Source of the DNA: Nannocystales bacterium
GTDB taxonomy: Bacteria; Myxococcota_A; Polyangia; Nannocystales; Nannocystaceae
NCBI GenBank assembly: GCA_050633305.1
Contig: JBOEGF010000014.1
Location: 363,436-427,435, forward strand
Length of the DNA stretch: 64,000 nt
Direction of reading: 5' to 3'
Shown here one piece after another: positions 19,726 through 29,988 of the stretch. The translations under genes were made by a program, and so were the position numbers. The notes below the pieces were generated by a model. It searched no databases. It was not told where the DNA came from and saw nothing but the letters and a program-made list of their open reading frames with translations. Positions within the stretch are counted from its first letter, which is position 1, and the number at the start of each line of letters is the position of its first letter.

Positions 19726-20325
19726 ATGGACGACGACGACAACGCGCTGCTCAACCGATGGCGCGAGGGCGACAAAGCCTCCGGCGATATCCTCTTTCGG
19801 CGACACTTCCGCCCGGTCCGCCGGTTCTTCCGCAACAAGATCAACGAAGACGACGTCGACGATCTCATTCAGCGCACGTTTATGGGGTGCGTCGAAGGAA
19901 GGGACCGCTTCCGGGGGGACTCGAGTTTTCGAACGTATCTGTTCGCAACGGCCCGTCGGCAGCTCTATCAATTCCTTCGCACCCGCGGACGGATGATGCG
20001 CAAGGTTGACGCGGAACTTGGGGTGACCTCGGTCGCCGCACTCGGCATGACGCCGAGCTCCGTTGCGGCCGCGCGACAGGAGCACGACATTCTCCTACGG
20101 GCCCTGCAGAGGGTTCCGGTCGAACAGCAGACGCTGCTCGAGCTGTCGTACTGGGAGGGTCTCAGCGGGCCCCAGATCGCGGAGATCTTCGACATCTCCC
20201 CGGTGACCGCCCGCACTCGGTTGTTCCGCGCCCGAGCGGTGCTGCAAGAGGTGATCGAAACCTTGCTCCAGCCCGACGCGACGTTCGACGTCGATGCTGT
20301 CGCGGCGACCCTTCCCAAGCGCTGA
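19726..20325 (+). CDS. ECF sigma-70 family factor (divergent from K2)
   Basis: DVDDLIQRTF, FRTYLFATAR, LSYWEGLSGPQIAEI...TARTRLFRAR; clear paralogue of 8793-9377. Confidence 0.92.
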   Translation: MDDDDNALLNRWREGDKASGDILFRRHFRPVRRFFRNKINEDDVDDLIQRTFMGCVEGRDRFRGDSSFRTYLFATARRQLYQFLRTRGRMMRKVDAELGVTSVAALGMTPSSVAAARQEHDILLRALQRVPVEQQTLLELSYWEGLSGPQIAEIFDISPVTARTRLFRARAVLQEVIETLLQPDATFDVDAVAATLPKR

Positions 20326-20443
20326 ACGTCACGGCTCACCCGTCGGCCAAGGTGGAAACATCCCCCGCGTTTGGCCCCAGGCAGTTCGCGACTGACCGCG
20401 GCCGAGGTGATGAGCCCCGTGCAAGCTGCTACGTTGGATTCAA

Positions 20444-22324
20444 GTGCGGATTCCCGAGTTGATCGTAACGGCGTTTCTCTCGGGGCTCACGGGCTGCCCT
20501 TCGGCCACGACGAGGCCGGAGGAGGAATCGAGACCCGCAGACGGGGGGATGCGCGAGAACACGGAGACCGAGCGCCGCGCTGGGGAGGCCGAGCCCGACG
20601 ATGGTGTTGTAGTCCTTGGGACGAGCCGGGCCCGCGGCCTGCAGCTAACCATCGAGGCCAGCAAGCGTCGGTGGCGGCTGGGTGAGCACATTGTCGTGCA
20701 TTACGTCGCGAAGAATGTTGGCGGGAGTCCAACGAGCGTCAGCCAAGGCGGCGACTATCGGGGCGGCCCACGGGCTACACGGATCAACGTGGTCGCCACG
20801 GATGCTTCAGGCGCTTCTGTGGTCGACCCTCACCCCAAATTCCCAACCTTTGGTGGCTTGGGGGGAGACTTCGTCCTCGAACCAGGCGAGGAGTTCGCGT
20901 TTACGGTTTCGTTGGGACGTTACAGGAGGTTTGAGAACCCCGGGCGGCACCAGATCGCCATCGCGCACGACCTCGGGTGGTCGTCGGAAGCAGAGCGCAT
21001 CCCGGCGGACGACGAGCGCTGGGTCCACGGCGAAATCGAGATCGTCGAGCCCTCTGTGTCCGAAGCCACGGAGGTGCTCGACAACATGCAGGCGCTCTCT
21101 TCAGATGCGAACAAGACTGTGGGCAAGCGTGCGCGCCCGTTCGCAGACTTCACCGCTGTGGGGTACCCGGTGTATCTCCCGTTGCTCGCTTCCAGGGTCG
21201 AGACCGAGCCGCGAGCGCTCGAGGGAATCTCCAGCATCCCCACGGTTGAAGCGACGAAGGTCTTGTTGGAACTCGCCGGCCACGCCGACCCCAAAGTCTC
21301 AGGGCAGGCACTTGCCGCGGTCGAGCACCGGTTGCCGCTGCCTGCGTCGACCCAGCGTTTCGACAAGGTCGAGCATGCGGCCTGGGTGGCGCGGACCTGG
21401 GATCCTCGGGCGCTTGGGTCCGACGTCCGGACGCTTGCCGAGTCCCTCCTGAGTTCGAAGGACCAAGTCGCGGTGATGAGTGGCGCCCGCCTGCTCGCTG
21501 CCGTTGCGACGGTCGACGATGCCGACCGCGTTGTCGAAGCGCTCGATCGCAGCCTCGAGGCAACCCGGCGGGATCCCATCCCCTACCCAGAGCCGCGCAC
21601 TGCCGTGTCTGAGCTCGTCAGCGCCGCCGAGGCGCTGTTGGCCGCAGGAGTCTCGGCCGACGCTTCACCGACGTCCCCGGGGGAGGTCGTCTTGTACATC
21701 CTCGAGCACGGCGGCAAGTCACGGCGGCCATCGGAGTACGAAGCGCTCGCCGTCGGCTGGCTCGGTCATGACATCCCGCAGCTCGGTGCACTGGCACTTC
21801 AACGGACGGCGTCGCCACTGGAGCCCAAGCTGCGTGCCGAGCTTCCTCGTCTCCTTGGTGAGCCTCACCTGGGCCGTGCGAACGCAGCGTGCGCGGCACT
21901 GGGAAAAGCCGGGACAAACTCAGATGCCCACGGCGCGCTGCTCAGCGCCATGAAGAGCGCGACTGATTCGTGGTTGGTCGGGTGTCTTCACTCGACCGCG
22001 ATCGCCGCGGGCATCTCGCGCGACACGGTTGCCAAGACCTGGGCGGCGCGGCTTGACGAAGCTGGCCTGACGCTATTGATGCTGCAGCAGCTGGTCTCTG
22101 TGTTCGAGACCAACGGCCACGGGTCGGCTGGCGAGCCCGGGAAGACTGAACGTGTGCGCCTGAAAAAGGCCTGGGTGGCCTGGTTGCGTGAGCATGCGGC
22201 GGTCGTACGGGCGGGAAAACGCATCGAGCTTGGGGATCCCACCCTCACTCCAGACCTATTTCCACCCGGCTTCACGCTGAGCAACAGGGCCGGCGAGCGC
22301 TGGCCTGTCGCCGAACAAGGTTGA
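20444..22324 (+). CDS. Lipoprotein with N-terminal Ig-like domain and HEAT-like helical repeats
   Basis: Lipobox LTGC; beta-rich N-domain then Ala/Leu-rich helical repeats; TGC-TACGTT box 8 nt upstream. Confidence 0.7.
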   Translation: MRIPELIVTAFLSGLTGCPSATTRPEEESRPADGGMRENTETERRAGEAEPDDGVVVLGTSRARGLQLTIEASKRRWRLGEHIVVHYVAKNVGGSPTSVSQGGDYRGGPRATRINVVATDASGASVVDPHPKFPTFGGLGGDFVLEPGEEFAFTVSLGRYRRFENPGRHQIAIAHDLGWSSEAERIPADDERWVHGEIEIVEPSVSEATEVLDNMQALSSDANKTVGKRARPFADFTAVGYPVYLPLLASRVETEPRALEGISSIPTVEATKVLLELAGHADPKVSGQALAAVEHRLPLPASTQRFDKVEHAAWVARTWDPRALGSDVRTLAESLLSSKDQVAVMSGARLLAAVATVDDADRVVEALDRSLEATRRDPIPYPEPRTAVSELVSAAEALLAAGVSADASPTSPGEVVLYILEHGGKSRRPSEYEALAVGWLGHDIPQLGALALQRTASPLEPKLRAELPRLLGEPHLGRANAACAALGKAGTNSDAHGALLSAMKSATDSWLVGCLHSTAIAAGISRDTVAKTWAARLDEAGLTLLMLQQLVSVFETNGHGSAGEPGKTERVRLKKAWVAWLREHAAVVRAGKRIELGDPTLTPDLFPPGFTLSNRAGERWPVAEQG

Positions 22325-22569
22325 GATCTTTAGAGAAAGCGATTCGGTGGGGCGGTGGCGCCCATACGCGTCCGGACCTGGGGTCCGAGTCACTGGGCCG
22401 GCCGCCTTCGCGCAGTCAACGCGCGTTCCTTGTGCGAGGACCTCAGTGGCCTCGCAGAATGAAAAAGAGGAAACCCCCAGACACCTGATGACGGACGTGC
22501 TAGATGCTCCGCTAGCCTCAATTGAGAGGCCTTCCGCTCCTAGGGAGCGGTAATCGAAAGCACAAGAAA

Positions 22570-22767
22570 ATGGCTGAAGGTACGATCAAGCGTCTCACGG
22601 ACAAGGGTTTTGGATTCATCGACACCGGTGGTGGCCAGGACATGTTCTTCCACATGTCGAGCGTCGAAGGCACGAGCTACGACCAACTTCGCGAAGGCCA
22701 GAAGGTCTCGTTCACGGAAGGCGAAGGTCCCAAAGGCCCACGCGCCGAAAACGTCCGCCCTGTCTAA
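22570..22767 (+). CDS. csp: Cold-shock protein (CspA family)
   Basis: MAEGTIKRLTDKGFGFI...DMFFHMS (RNP1/RNP2)...GPKGPRAENV, 65 aa. Confidence 0.97.
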   Translation: MAEGTIKRLTDKGFGFIDTGGGQDMFFHMSSVEGTSYDQLREGQKVSFTEGEGPKGPRAENVRPV

Positions 22768-22803
22768 AGCAGACCTCGGGTAGACCCGTCATTTGACGGT
22801 GAG

Positions 22804-22835
22804 AAGGAGCCGGCTTTATCGCCGGCTCTTTTTTT
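22804..22835 (+). terminator. Rho-independent terminator of csp
   Basis: Stem GAGCCGGC (22807-22814) / GCCGGCTC (22821-22828), 6-nt loop, followed by T7. Confidence 0.9.
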
Positions 22836-22880
22836 GTTCGCAGTGCGGCAGCGGGATGGGACGCGCGAAGGCGGGTCTGC

Positions 22881-23465
22881 TCAAAACCGAATCAGGAAGC
22901 AGACCCCGTCGGAGGTCCGGCGATGGCTGAGCCGAGCATCGGGGCTCCCGGAGATTCGGAGTGCGGCTCGAGTCGCCGCACTGATACCCAGGATCCGGTT
23001 GCGGGTGATCCCCGGCCAGTGCGTCAGATCGAGTTCGACCCCGCCCGGGACATCGCGTGGTGTCATGACGCCGTGCGTGTAGCTCTTGCGGTACACCGCC
23101 GCGGCACGACGTACGATCATCCGGCCCGGGGCGAGTCGCATGAGCGCTTTCCAGACCGTGTTGAAGACCTGTTCGTTGGCGGTCTCGATCACCGTTGGAA
23201 ACAGCTCCTCCAACGCCCGGCCTGCCTCGGCGGCGATCGTCCCGTAGATGACGTCGATCTTGCCGACGTCCAGCCACGCCCCGGCCACGAGGGCTTCAAC
23301 CTCGTCACGCAGCTCTGGCGGGAGCGCCTCGAGGGCTCGGCCAACGGTATCGATTCCCAGCTCGGCCCGAAAACCGCTGAGGTGCCGAAGGACGAGCGTG
23401 GCCGACATCTGGACCGTGTCCTCGGCCGTCGCGCGTCGTGACGCGTCTGCTTCGCCCGTCTTCAC
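22881..23465 (-). CDS. Hypothetical protein (resembles myxobacterial TIGR02265/DUF2378-like family)
   Basis: RALEALPPELR...AGAWLD pattern; follows the IgGFc gene by 9 nt; start could be the internal ATG (MSATLV). Confidence 0.55.
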   Translation of the reverse strand: MKTGEADASRRATAEDTVQMSATLVLRHLSGFRAELGIDTVGRALEALPPELRDEVEALVAGAWLDVGKIDVIYGTIAAEAGRALEELFPTVIETANEQVFNTVWKALMRLAPGRMIVRRAAAVYRKSYTHGVMTPRDVPGGVELDLTHWPGITRNRILGISAATRAALRISGSPDARLSHRRTSDGVCFLIRF

Positions 23466-23474
23466 GGCTGCCGG

Positions 23475-25118
23475 CTACCCTTCGGGGTTCGGGTTGATGA
23501 TTCCGGTCCCGGTTCCGCCGATGTACGCGTAGCTGTCGTGTTGGTCGTAGCCGACCACGACCACGCCAAACTTCTCGTCCCCACCATCGAGGACATGCAC
23601 ACCATCGGGCACCGTGACGCGGGCGACCTCGTAGGTTCCCGCGCCTACGGGCGCGAACAAGGTGTCGTCGACCGCAACCCCGTCGATGGTGATGGGCGCC
23701 CCCGCCGGGCGGGTGAGGACGAAGACGTCGTTGACCCACGTCCCGGGCACGAGGACAACGTAGCGCGGGAGGAACTGCTCCACCGATACGTACTGCGCCA
23801 TGGCAGGGTCGCCGATGTCTGAGCCCAGGGCTTCGGCACCCACCATGTAGCCGACGACGCCGATCGGCTTCGTGGCGCTGATGCCGAAGTCGGCCTCGGT
23901 ACCGACGGGCGCCGTGACCATGAACTCACCCACCATGCCCGCATCGAGGTTGATTGAGGGCCCGGGTAGGCCGGAGAGCGCGGGGTCGAAGTCGAACGAA
24001 ATGGTAGTCCCGTCTTCGGAGGCGTAGACCTGCCAGAAGGTGGCCTCGGGGTTGCCCGCCGAGCGTACGGGCATGTGCGCGGCGACGAAGTTCTGGCCCC
24101 ACTGACGGACGCCCGAGAGCTGCTCCTCGAGGTGGTCGCAGCAGCAGACGTTGCTGGGGATGTTGATGCAGCTGTGCCCGGGCAAGACCGCGACCGGGTG
24201 GTCTTCGTCGGTCACGATGCGTGAGCCGGTCATGGAGTTGGCCTGGTTGGCCGCGACGATCTGGGCCACGTCGCCATCCTGCAGTGAGATGGTGATGGTC
24301 TGCCCGGGCGCGGCGGCCTGAATGCCTCCACCTGCCGTCGTAGCGTTGGTGGCGGTGAACTGCACGCTGGTGCCGTCGGCGGTGCCGACGATGGTCACGT
24401 AGGGGTAGCCCGCGCCTGGTGACGAAGAGATGAACTGGGTACTGATGACGTGGTTGATCGAGTCCAGCGTGGGGACTGGATAGAGCATCGAGGCGTCGGA
24501 CAAGAACGACGAGGCACCATCGATGGGGCTGAACTGGTACGCGACGATCGGAATGTCGGACACGATGCGGTAGGCGCCTGCGGCTCGAATCCCGGTGTTC
24601 TCCTGGTGCCGGTCCGGAACCATGAACTCGTGGAGTGACAGTGGCGCGATCGTGACCGGCGCCTGGATGTCGGTCCAGATTCCGCCTTCCCGGGTTTGCA
24701 CCGAAACGTTGGCCGGGACATCCGTCTGCACGTTGGCCGTGACGATGGCGTAGGGAAGGCCGTCGCTCGCACTGTCCATATCGACCGCGTAGAACAGACA
24801 GCCCACCGATGACTCCCCTGCGTCTGCCTGCTCACAGGTCTCGGGGATGACAGGCCCCGATGGTCCCGGGCCGCCTGCATCGGGGAGCGTGCCGATGTCG
24901 AAGAGCGCCCCACTGCCGGTGTCATCCGCACTGGTCACGCCTTGGGAGTCGCCGGTCGTGGGCCCGCTTGTGTTGGTGCCCTGCGTTGCGGAGTCGGTCG
25001 CCGTAGCCGTAGCGGTTACCGGACCGAGGGTGGTGAGGCTGGTGGCCTCTCTGGAGTTGCCCTCATCGTTACAGCCGACAACCAGCACCAAACCCGCAAC
25101 GACCGCGCAAACTCTCAC
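23475..25118 (-). CDS. IgGFc-binding-protein N-terminal domain lipoprotein
   Basis: Lipobox VVGC, Thr-rich linker, SSVGCLFYAVDMD, AYQFSP, SDASMLYP, CCCDHLEEQ, GYDQHDSYAYIGG. Confidence 0.85.
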   Translation of the reverse strand: MRVCAVVAGLVLVVGCNDEGNSREATSLTTLGPVTATATATDSATQGTNTSGPTTGDSQGVTSADDTGSGALFDIGTLPDAGGPGPSGPVIPETCEQADAGESSVGCLFYAVDMDSASDGLPYAIVTANVQTDVPANVSVQTREGGIWTDIQAPVTIAPLSLHEFMVPDRHQENTGIRAAGAYRIVSDIPIVAYQFSPIDGASSFLSDASMLYPVPTLDSINHVISTQFISSSPGAGYPYVTIVGTADGTSVQFTATNATTAGGGIQAAAPGQTITISLQDGDVAQIVAANQANSMTGSRIVTDEDHPVAVLPGHSCINIPSNVCCCDHLEEQLSGVRQWGQNFVAAHMPVRSAGNPEATFWQVYASEDGTTISFDFDPALSGLPGPSINLDAGMVGEFMVTAPVGTEADFGISATKPIGVVGYMVGAEALGSDIGDPAMAQYVSVEQFLPRYVVLVPGTWVNDVFVLTRPAGAPITIDGVAVDDTLFAPVGAGTYEVARVTVPDGVHVLDGGDEKFGVVVVGYDQHDSYAYIGGTGTGIINPNPEG

Positions 25119-25152
25119 ACCGGAAAGGTTGCCACGATCCGGCGCGAGTGGG

Positions 25153-26271
25153 TCACGCCGATGGTGGATTCTCGAGGAGCTTGAGCAAGGTTGGCCGAAC
25201 ACCCACCTCTGCGCAGCGCTTCTGCAGCTGGCTCAGCGCTTCGGGAGTGGGAGCCTTCGCGGATCCTGGCTTGCGATGCGCTCGGAGCAGGAGGTTCTTT
25301 GCGGAGTGCGTGCTTTCGACGAACTCGACGACGTCGACCTTGTAGCCGCAGGCGGTCAGCATCTCCACGCGCAGAGCATCGGTGAGCACCGCGCCATACT
25401 CTCGGCGCAGCAGGCCGTGTTTTGTCATCGCTCCCTGGGCGCTGCTTTCAAGTTGTGCCGCGAGCTCGCGCTGGCAGCACGGTGCGACGAGCAGAACCGG
25501 GGCCTCGGAGCGGATGCCCAGCGCCAACGCCTCGTCGGTCGCGGTGTCGCAGGCGTGCAACGCCAGCAAGATGTCGGGCGCCTCGGTCGGCCGGACATCG
25601 GCGATCCGACCCACGGTGAACTTGGTGTTCGTCCAGCCCATCGTCTCGGCGCGCTGGCGGCAGTTGGAGACCACGTCGTCTCGGATGTCGACACCCCACA
25701 GCGTGCTCGGGATCTCGGCGAGTCGCAGCGCCTCCGCCAAGACGAACGTTAGGTAGCCGTTTCCGCAAGCGACATCCACGATGCGCAGCGGTTTTTCGGC
25801 GGTGGCTTTGCGGTGGGCGAGCAGTCGCTCCCAGCCCGGTCGGCACAGCTCGACGAAGTGGTTGACCTGCTTGTATTTCTTTGCCGACTTGGTGGAGATG
25901 GTGCCGTCGGCATTCATGATGCCGATGACACGGAGAAGGTCGGCGCTGCCATCGGGCTGGAGCACCCGGTCCTTGCCGCCCATGACCTTGGATTTTCGCT
26001 CCTCGCTCATCTTGAGGACCTTGGCCTTGCCGTATCGCGCATCGACCCGGACCCGGGTGCGCTCGTCGACCACCAGCATCTGCTTGACGCGTCCTTCGGT
26101 CGCGGCACGGGTGGCGGCTTCGATCATGGCGTCGGTGTCGTCGCCCTCGAAGACCTCGGGGGCCTCGTCATCTGCGCCAGGGCGCGAGAAGACCGCGCGT
26201 TGCCAACCGTCCCTCGCGTGACGACGTAGGGTCTTGGCCAATCGTCCCAGGTTTGGGCCCCTTGGAGACAT
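25153..26271 (-). CDS. Class I SAM-dependent methyltransferase (Methyltransf_32-like)
   Basis: KYKQVNHFVE, IVDVACGNGYLTF, ALHACDTATD, APCCQRE, EFVESTHSAKN; start re-set to ATG 26271 (TATGGT box 7 nt upstream). Confidence 0.9.
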   Translation of the reverse strand: MSPRGPNLGRLAKTLRRHARDGWQRAVFSRPGADDEAPEVFEGDDTDAMIEAATRAATEGRVKQMLVVDERTRVRVDARYGKAKVLKMSEERKSKVMGGKDRVLQPDGSADLLRVIGIMNADGTISTKSAKKYKQVNHFVELCRPGWERLLAHRKATAEKPLRIVDVACGNGYLTFVLAEALRLAEIPSTLWGVDIRDDVVSNCRQRAETMGWTNTKFTVGRIADVRPTEAPDILLALHACDTATDEALALGIRSEAPVLLVAPCCQRELAAQLESSAQGAMTKHGLLRREYGAVLTDALRVEMLTACGYKVDVVEFVESTHSAKNLLLRAHRKPGSAKAPTPEALSQLQKRCAEVGVRPTLLKLLENPPSA

Positions 26272-26352
26272 CGGCGGGACCATAGTCCCCAGCAGCTGCG
26301 GCCTGCAAATGCGGCGGTGGCCCTCACCACGGGGTTGGTCCACAATCCGGCT

Positions 26353-27594
26353 GTGACCGCATCTGCGCTCCTGCTCGAGAAAGTCCACGCCACGGCGGAA
26401 AAATCGCTGGTGGACGACGGCTACGCCGTCACCCGTATCAACAAGGGGCTCACCGAAGATGAGCTCATCGAGGCGTTGAATGCCCTTCCAGCGGGTCCCG
26501 TGATGGTCGGGATCCGCAGCAAGACGCACATCACCGCCAAGGTGCTCGACGCGGTGCCGCGGCTCGACGCCATCGGCTGCTTCTGCATCGGTACCGACCA
26601 GGTCGCGTTGGGGCATGCCCGGGCCAGCGGTGTCACCGTCTTCAACGCCCCGTTCTCCAGCACCCGAAGTGTTGCCGAGTTGGTCATGGCAGACATCGTC
26701 ATGCTGGCGCGGCGGATCTTCCCCCGCAATGCAGCCGCGCACGTGGGCTCGTGGGAGAAGGGCGCCACGGGTGCACATGAGGTGCGTGGCAAGACGCTGG
26801 GCATCATCGGCTACGGCCACATCGGCAGCCAGCTGGGCATCCTTGCCGAGGCGTTCGGCATGAACGTCCAGTACTTCGACATCGAGAAGAAACTTCCGCT
26901 GGGCAATACGAACTCGGTCGGCACCATGGATGGCCTGCTCGAGTCTTCGGACTTCGTCTCGCTGCACGTGCCCGACACCGAGACCACGCGCAACATGATG
27001 ACGGCGGCCGAGCTCGGGAAGATGAAGAGGGGCGCGTACCTCATCAACCTCAGCCGGGGGAAGGTGGTCGATATCGATGCCCTGCACGCTGCGCTCGAAT
27101 CCAAGGCGCTCGCGGGCGCTGCAGTGGACGTCTACCCGACCGAGCCCGCCAGCAACGCCGAGCCGTTCGAGAGCCCGCTGCGAGGGCTCGACAACGTGAT
27201 TCTGACCCCGCACATCGGCGGCAGCACGCAGGAGGCTCAGGCCAATATCGGTCTCGAGGTCGCACAGGCGCTCGACCGCTTTCGAAGATCCGGCAGCACC
27301 ATGGGGTCGGTCACGCTGCCCAACCTCGACGTGCCCTCCCCCAAGGTCGGCGGTGCCGTCAGTCGCATCATCAACTTGCACCGCAACGTTCCAGGCGTGC
27401 TCTCGGAGACGAACCGCGTGGTCGCGGAGTCTGGCGTGAACATCGTCGGGCAGTCTCTAGGGACGAACGAAGATGTCGGACTGTTGTACGTCGACATCCC
27501 GGTGGCCGCGGATGATGCGAAGGCAGAGAACTTGCGGGCTGGGATCGCGGCGCTGGGGACTTCGCTGCGGACGCGCATCGAGCCGCTGGGGTAG
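26353..27594 (+). CDS. serA: D-3-phosphoglycerate dehydrogenase
   Basis: GIRSKT, GCFCIGTDQV, FNAPFSSTRSVAE, GIIGYGHIGSQL, LTPHIGGSTQEAQ, C-terminal ACT domain HRNVPGVL. Confidence 0.96.
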   Translation: MTASALLLEKVHATAEKSLVDDGYAVTRINKGLTEDELIEALNALPAGPVMVGIRSKTHITAKVLDAVPRLDAIGCFCIGTDQVALGHARASGVTVFNAPFSSTRSVAELVMADIVMLARRIFPRNAAAHVGSWEKGATGAHEVRGKTLGIIGYGHIGSQLGILAEAFGMNVQYFDIEKKLPLGNTNSVGTMDGLLESSDFVSLHVPDTETTRNMMTAAELGKMKRGAYLINLSRGKVVDIDALHAALESKALAGAAVDVYPTEPASNAEPFESPLRGLDNVILTPHIGGSTQEAQANIGLEVAQALDRFRRSGSTMGSVTLPNLDVPSPKVGGAVSRIINLHRNVPGVLSETNRVVAESGVNIVGQSLGTNEDVGLLYVDIPVAADDAKAENLRAGIAALGTSLRTRIEPLG

Positions 27595-27935
27595 CAGTCG
27601 GCTGAGCTTTGGCGTCGTCACAGGTGACTGCGACATGTGGTCTCTCGACCGAACGTTAATTGTGTATCGCTCGCGACAAGGCGGTCTCATGATTTCGGAC
27701 GACATCACGAGAGACGCTCACACAGTGTGCGACAGGGACCCATGGACCGCTGGCGTTTCCGTGGCGATGTGCCGATGCCAGCATTCCTTCCCTTGCGGTT
27801 TTCGGGCCATCTTCTGGTTCCATGCTGGGGACATGCGCGGGCTCTGTCGTGTGTCTACGCGCCCCCGAGGGCGGGGTCTGATGCACCCGACTTGTTTCTT
27901 TTTCTCGGCGCCTGGTTCACGATGTCGCCGGGTTG

Positions 27936-29921
27936 ATGGAGAGTAAACAGGGTTCCAGAGCCATCCTTTTCCTCTCTCTTGCGGCCTTCTCGATGGGGTG
28001 TTCGCTCGGTCTGGATTTCGAGGACTGTGCGTCCGACCAACAGTGTCCGGTCGAAGGAGAGGTCTGTCGCGAGGGTCGATGCGAAGCCGTCGACGCTGGA
28101 TCGACGACGGGTTCGCAGTGCACGGAGGGGGAAGTTCTGGCCTGCTTCTGTCCCGACGGGTCGACCAGTACCCAGGTGTGCACCGCTGGGCTCCTGGGCT
28201 CCTGCGACTGCCCGGTGGAGACGAGTACGGGCAGCGAGAGCAGCAGTGGCCCCAGCGGTGAGGCCGAATGCACGCAGAATTCAGACTGCGTCGCCGAGTC
28301 AGAGTGCGGCGAGGCCATCTGTTCCTCAGGTGTATGCGAGGCGGTCGACTTCCCCGCCGGCACGCCGTGTGGGGACTCGGCGGTGTCGTCCTGCAATGCT
28401 GCCGACACCTGCGATGGCGCAGGTGCTTGCGTTTCGAATCTGTCGGCGGATGGGTCGGCGTGTGCGGACTGCCCTCTGGGTGAAGGCTATTGTTCGTGCG
28501 ACGAGGGTGCATGTGTCGGCTGCGACGGCTTCGCATCCGTGAACGGTTTCGCTGGCTCCGCGGCGCTGGAGGGGTGGACACTCTCGGGAGATTGGGCGTT
28601 GTTCTACCGAGCCCCCGAGACGGCTACCAAGGCGCCGGTCGAGTTCTCGAGCCTCGTCGTCGGAACCAATGGAAACCGTGCTGAGCCTTATCCCGGGGCA
28701 GAGGTGGAGACGTCATCGATCCGCTCGCCTGTCTCGGTGTTGCCCGAGTTCCTGGAGTTCCGGTCCTGGCACGTCGACGAAGCGGGGAACCCGAGCAACG
28801 GTGATGTTGCCGCCGACAACCGAATCGTGCGGGTTTCGACCGACGGCGGCGAGCGATGGACCGTTCTGGTGGATTGTTCGACGACCCGTCCGGCCCCTGC
28901 CTTCTGTGTCGAGGAGTTGGGTCCACGTTCTCCGAGTGACTGGGATGAGGTCTTCATTCCGGTGCCCAAAGACCTCGTCGGCAGCCCGGCGATTGTCGAG
29001 ATCCTTTACGACACACTGGACGACTGCTGCGGAGAGGAGCAAGGCTGGTACATCGACGACGTCAACTTCGGCACCCGATGTGGATGCGAGGACTCGACGG
29101 AGTGTGCCGGATTTGATGAGGCTTGCGGTGAGGGGACCTGCGCGTCCAATGGCGACTGCCGTGTCGTTGCGACGCGCGTGGGCTCCGCATGCGGAGACGA
29201 GGAATCCAGCGAGTGCAATGTTGCTGATAGCTGCAGCGAGCTTGGCGTGTGCGTCTCCAACGACCCTCCCAACTGGCAGCAAACCTGCTCCGCGTGTCCC
29301 GACGAGCTGGGTGGGTGTGGGTACTGCGTGGCAGGGGGATGCCTCGACTGCCAGGCTCAGGCTCCCACGTCGACCTTTGCCGAAGACAACTCTTTGTCCG
29401 GTTGGGTGCTCACTGGGGACTGGGGCCGCTACGACGCCGCTCCGCCGAACGCCTCTGGTGATCCCGCGATCGCCTTTTCATTCGGTGAGGCGCTCGGGAC
29501 CGACGGTAACCTCGTCGCGCCCTATGGCGCGGGTAGTCATCAGGAAACATCGTCTGCGGTCAGCCCCTTCTTCGTGGTGCCGAGCATGATGACGTTCGAC
29601 TCGTGGCACCTCGATGAGGGCGGATTTGTTGCGAGGGGAAACCCCGCCTACGACAGCAAGACGATCGAGATCTCTGTCGATGGGGGTGGGAAGTGGACCA
29701 CGCTCGTCGATTGCAGCGAGACGGACGCTTTCCCGTTCTGCCTGCCGGTCACCGATCGAGCGGGCGACGCATGGGATCCAATCGTCCTCGATACCAGCGC
29801 CTTCGAGGGCCAGAGCGGGCAACTCCGGTTCGGCTACGACACGATCGACGGGAACTCGGGCGAGGACCGCGGCTGGTACGTCGACAACCTCTCGTTGCCT
29901 TGGTGTCTCGACACGCCTTGA
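27936..29921 (+). CDS. Cys-rich lipoprotein with two tandem beta-sandwich (MAM/immune-inhibitor-A-like) domains
   Basis: Lipobox SMGC; Cys-rich modules; duplicated domain GW.L.GDW...SWH.DE.G...S.DGG..W..LVDCS...YDT.D...GWY.D. Confidence 0.8.
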   Translation: MESKQGSRAILFLSLAAFSMGCSLGLDFEDCASDQQCPVEGEVCREGRCEAVDAGSTTGSQCTEGEVLACFCPDGSTSTQVCTAGLLGSCDCPVETSTGSESSSGPSGEAECTQNSDCVAESECGEAICSSGVCEAVDFPAGTPCGDSAVSSCNAADTCDGAGACVSNLSADGSACADCPLGEGYCSCDEGACVGCDGFASVNGFAGSAALEGWTLSGDWALFYRAPETATKAPVEFSSLVVGTNGNRAEPYPGAEVETSSIRSPVSVLPEFLEFRSWHVDEAGNPSNGDVAADNRIVRVSTDGGERWTVLVDCSTTRPAPAFCVEELGPRSPSDWDEVFIPVPKDLVGSPAIVEILYDTLDDCCGEEQGWYIDDVNFGTRCGCEDSTECAGFDEACGEGTCASNGDCRVVATRVGSACGDEESSECNVADSCSELGVCVSNDPPNWQQTCSACPDELGGCGYCVAGGCLDCQAQAPTSTFAEDNSLSGWVLTGDWGRYDAAPPNASGDPAIAFSFGEALGTDGNLVAPYGAGSHQETSSAVSPFFVVPSMMTFDSWHLDEGGFVARGNPAYDSKTIEISVDGGGKWTTLVDCSETDAFPFCLPVTDRAGDAWDPIVLDTSAFEGQSGQLRFGYDTIDGNSGEDRGWYVDNLSLPWCLDTP

Positions 29922-29988
29922 GTCCGGAGTTCGGCTGCGCCCCAAGCGGGGCAGGCGGCGCGAGGCCTCGCGTGGTACTGACGGGAAC

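Noticed and set aside
26272..27381. N-terminal ~370 aa of the 742-aa ORF 25153..27381(-)
   Set aside because: Antisense shadow of serA; the methyltransferase homology begins only near ATG 26271.
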